This document shows positions 30,835-32,000 of a DNA stretch of 32,000 nucleotides, one piece after another. Source of the stretch: Methanocaldococcus jannaschii DSM 2661 (GTDB taxonomy: Archaea; AGJL01; Methanococci; Methanococcales; Methanocaldococcaceae); NCBI RefSeq assembly GCF_000091665.1, contig NC_000909.1, positions 1,086,629 to 1,118,628 of the forward strand, written 5' to 3'. The notes beneath the pieces are model-generated. The model saw only the letters and a program-made list of their open reading frames with translations, ran no database searches and was not told where the DNA came from. The position numbers were made by a program, and so were the translations under genes. Each line of letters starts with the position of its first letter. Position 1 is the stretch's first letter.

Positions 30835-31839
30835 ATGAGATTTGAGGAATTCAAATACGTTAGGAAAGGAGTTATTGTTGGATTGTTAATAATGTTGTTA
30901 TATATAATTTGGCCGTTTATTGATGTCTTAGCTTATTCATGTGCCTTTGCATATATGGCTTTGCCAGTCTATAACATATTAAGAAAAAAATTTAATAAAA
31001 CCATATCAGCAGGTTTGGCAATTAGCATATATATCCTTCCAATTATGACAATTACAATTTACGCCCTACTAACGTTCATGGAAATCATACTATCTTTCAA
31101 TACTAAATCTATAGAGCCATATATTAATGAAATCCTCTCCATATATAATTCTTTTATGTTAGAAAGAATTATTAATAATGAACAAATAATTGCAAAGTAT
31201 ATTGACGAATTTATAAAATATTTGGTTAGTCAGTTTTCTGGAAAGATTATTGATGTTGGATATTTAATAGTTAAAGTAATTATGGTTTTGTTCTTAACAT
31301 TCTACTTTCTAAGAGATGGGGATAAAGCCAAAAACCTGATAATTTCATTTGTGCCTGATGAATATAAAGAAAAGATGAGAATTTATTTAAGTTATCTTCA
31401 TGACTCCTACAAAAATTTATTTATAAGCTGTGTTTCACTTTCTATAATTATAACTATCCTATCCTACATCGGATATCTTATACTTGGGGTTCCTTATGCA
31501 GAGTTATTTGCGATAATAACCGGAATATTTGCTTTATTACCAATATTGGGAGGATGGATGGTGTATATCTCAATAGCTATATATTTCTTTTTAATACATG
31601 ACTATACTAAGGCAGTTTTTATGTTTATTTATGGGGAACTCTTCCTTTCCATAGCTCCAGATTTTGTTATAAGACCTTATTTAGTTAAAAAAGAAGTAGA
31701 TATTCACCCAGTCCTTGTAGTTATTGCGTTTTTAATGGCGCCCCTTTCATTAGGACTCAGTGGATTTGCTATTGGTCCATTAGTCGTTGGGGCTTTAAAC
31801 GCCTTTTATTTGGCAAAATATAGGGATAAAAAAATCTAA
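30835..31839 (+). CDS. AI-2E/PerM (UPF0118)-like integral membrane transporter
   Basis: 334 aa with about 7-8 hydrophobic helices and the family-like distal region GIFALLPILGGWMVYI..RPYL. Assignment is from pattern memory. Confidence 0.55.
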   Translation: MRFEEFKYVRKGVIVGLLIMLLYIIWPFIDVLAYSCAFAYMALPVYNILRKKFNKTISAGLAISIYILPIMTITIYALLTFMEIILSFNTKSIEPYINEILSIYNSFMLERIINNEQIIAKYIDEFIKYLVSQFSGKIIDVGYLIVKVIMVLFLTFYFLRDGDKAKNLIISFVPDEYKEKMRIYLSYLHDSYKNLFISCVSLSIIITILSYIGYLILGVPYAELFAIITGIFALLPILGGWMVYISIAIYFFLIHDYTKAVFMFIYGELFLSIAPDFVIRPYLVKKEVDIHPVLVVIAFLMAPLSLGLSGFAIGPLVVGALNAFYLAKYRDKKI

Positions 31840-31849
31840 GAGGATAATT

Positions 31850-31918
31850 ATGAAAAAAGTAAGAGTAGTAACTGCCGGAACATTCGACATCCATAGGGGG
31901 AAACCCCTATTGGGATGA
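31850..31918 (+). pseudogene. 5' fragment of a cytidylyltransferase-family ORF (RibL/TagD-like) that terminates after 22 codons
   Basis: MKKVRVVTAGTFDI matches the N-terminus of the nucleotidyltransferase family, where TAGTFDxxHxGH is expected. After FDI the frame reads HRGKPLLG* and the HxGH motif is absent. Confidence 0.45.
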
Positions 31919-31976
31919 ACCTTTTAGTAAAAGCTTCACCAAAACCTAACATCTCCTCGCTTACGCTCGGAGGTGT
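31893..31976. other. GC-enriched segment with three consecutive hairpins (possible structured RNA or end of an inserted element)
   Basis: ATAGGGG-GAAA-CCCCTAT at 31893-31910 (7-bp stem, GNRA-type loop). CTTTT-AGT-AAAAG at 31921-31933. ACATCTCC..GGAGGTGT at 31949-31976 (8-bp stem with one G-U, plus an inner CG-CTTA-CG). Confidence 0.35.
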
Positions 31977-32000
31977 AAATTAGTAAGATTTGGGGAGTAT

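Overview
AT-rich, densely coding archaeal chromosome window with about 35 protein genes. I saw no rRNA, tRNA or CRISPR array. The gene content is a tungsten-type formylmethanofuran dehydrogenase (fwd) cluster, PAN, a Cdc48/VAT-like AAA ATPase, a four-OB-fold RPA, TFS, GatA, PyrG and AroC. This content, plus GGTGAT-type Shine-Dalgarno (SD) boxes in front of most genes, points to a hyperthermophilic Methanococcales genome. From memory the proteins resemble Methanocaldococcus jannaschii loci around MJ1147-MJ1179; that is recognition, not a search. Housekeeping blocks are interrupted by small accessory-looking islets. (i) 2.6-3.6 kb holds a solitary CRISPR-repeat-like sequence and a tandem family of Lys-rich mini-proteins. 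(ii) 15.3-16.7 kb holds a secreted protein with a C-terminal sorting-signal-like tail. It also holds a 65-bp direct repeat of a gene 3' end bracketing two mini membrane-protein genes. (iii) 18.1-18.5 kb is a decayed toxin-antitoxin (TA) locus. (iv) 24.8-25.4 kb is an intact RelE-like TA pair sitting where fwdB would be expected. (v) At the right edge, a cytidylyltransferase-like ORF breaks off inside its catalytic motif and runs into hairpin-dense, GC-enriched sequence. Other points: a ~170-aa coiled-coil insertion in the Cdc48 D2 domain, an HTH plus Fe-S fusion protein heading the fwd cluster, and a 12-bp palindrome that supplies the SD for two divergent genes whose ATGs are 17 bp apart. Many ORF-track starts are GTG/TTG codons lying inside the SD box itself, so I re-called those starts. 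I cannot name one complete novel system with confidence; the candidates are listed separately.
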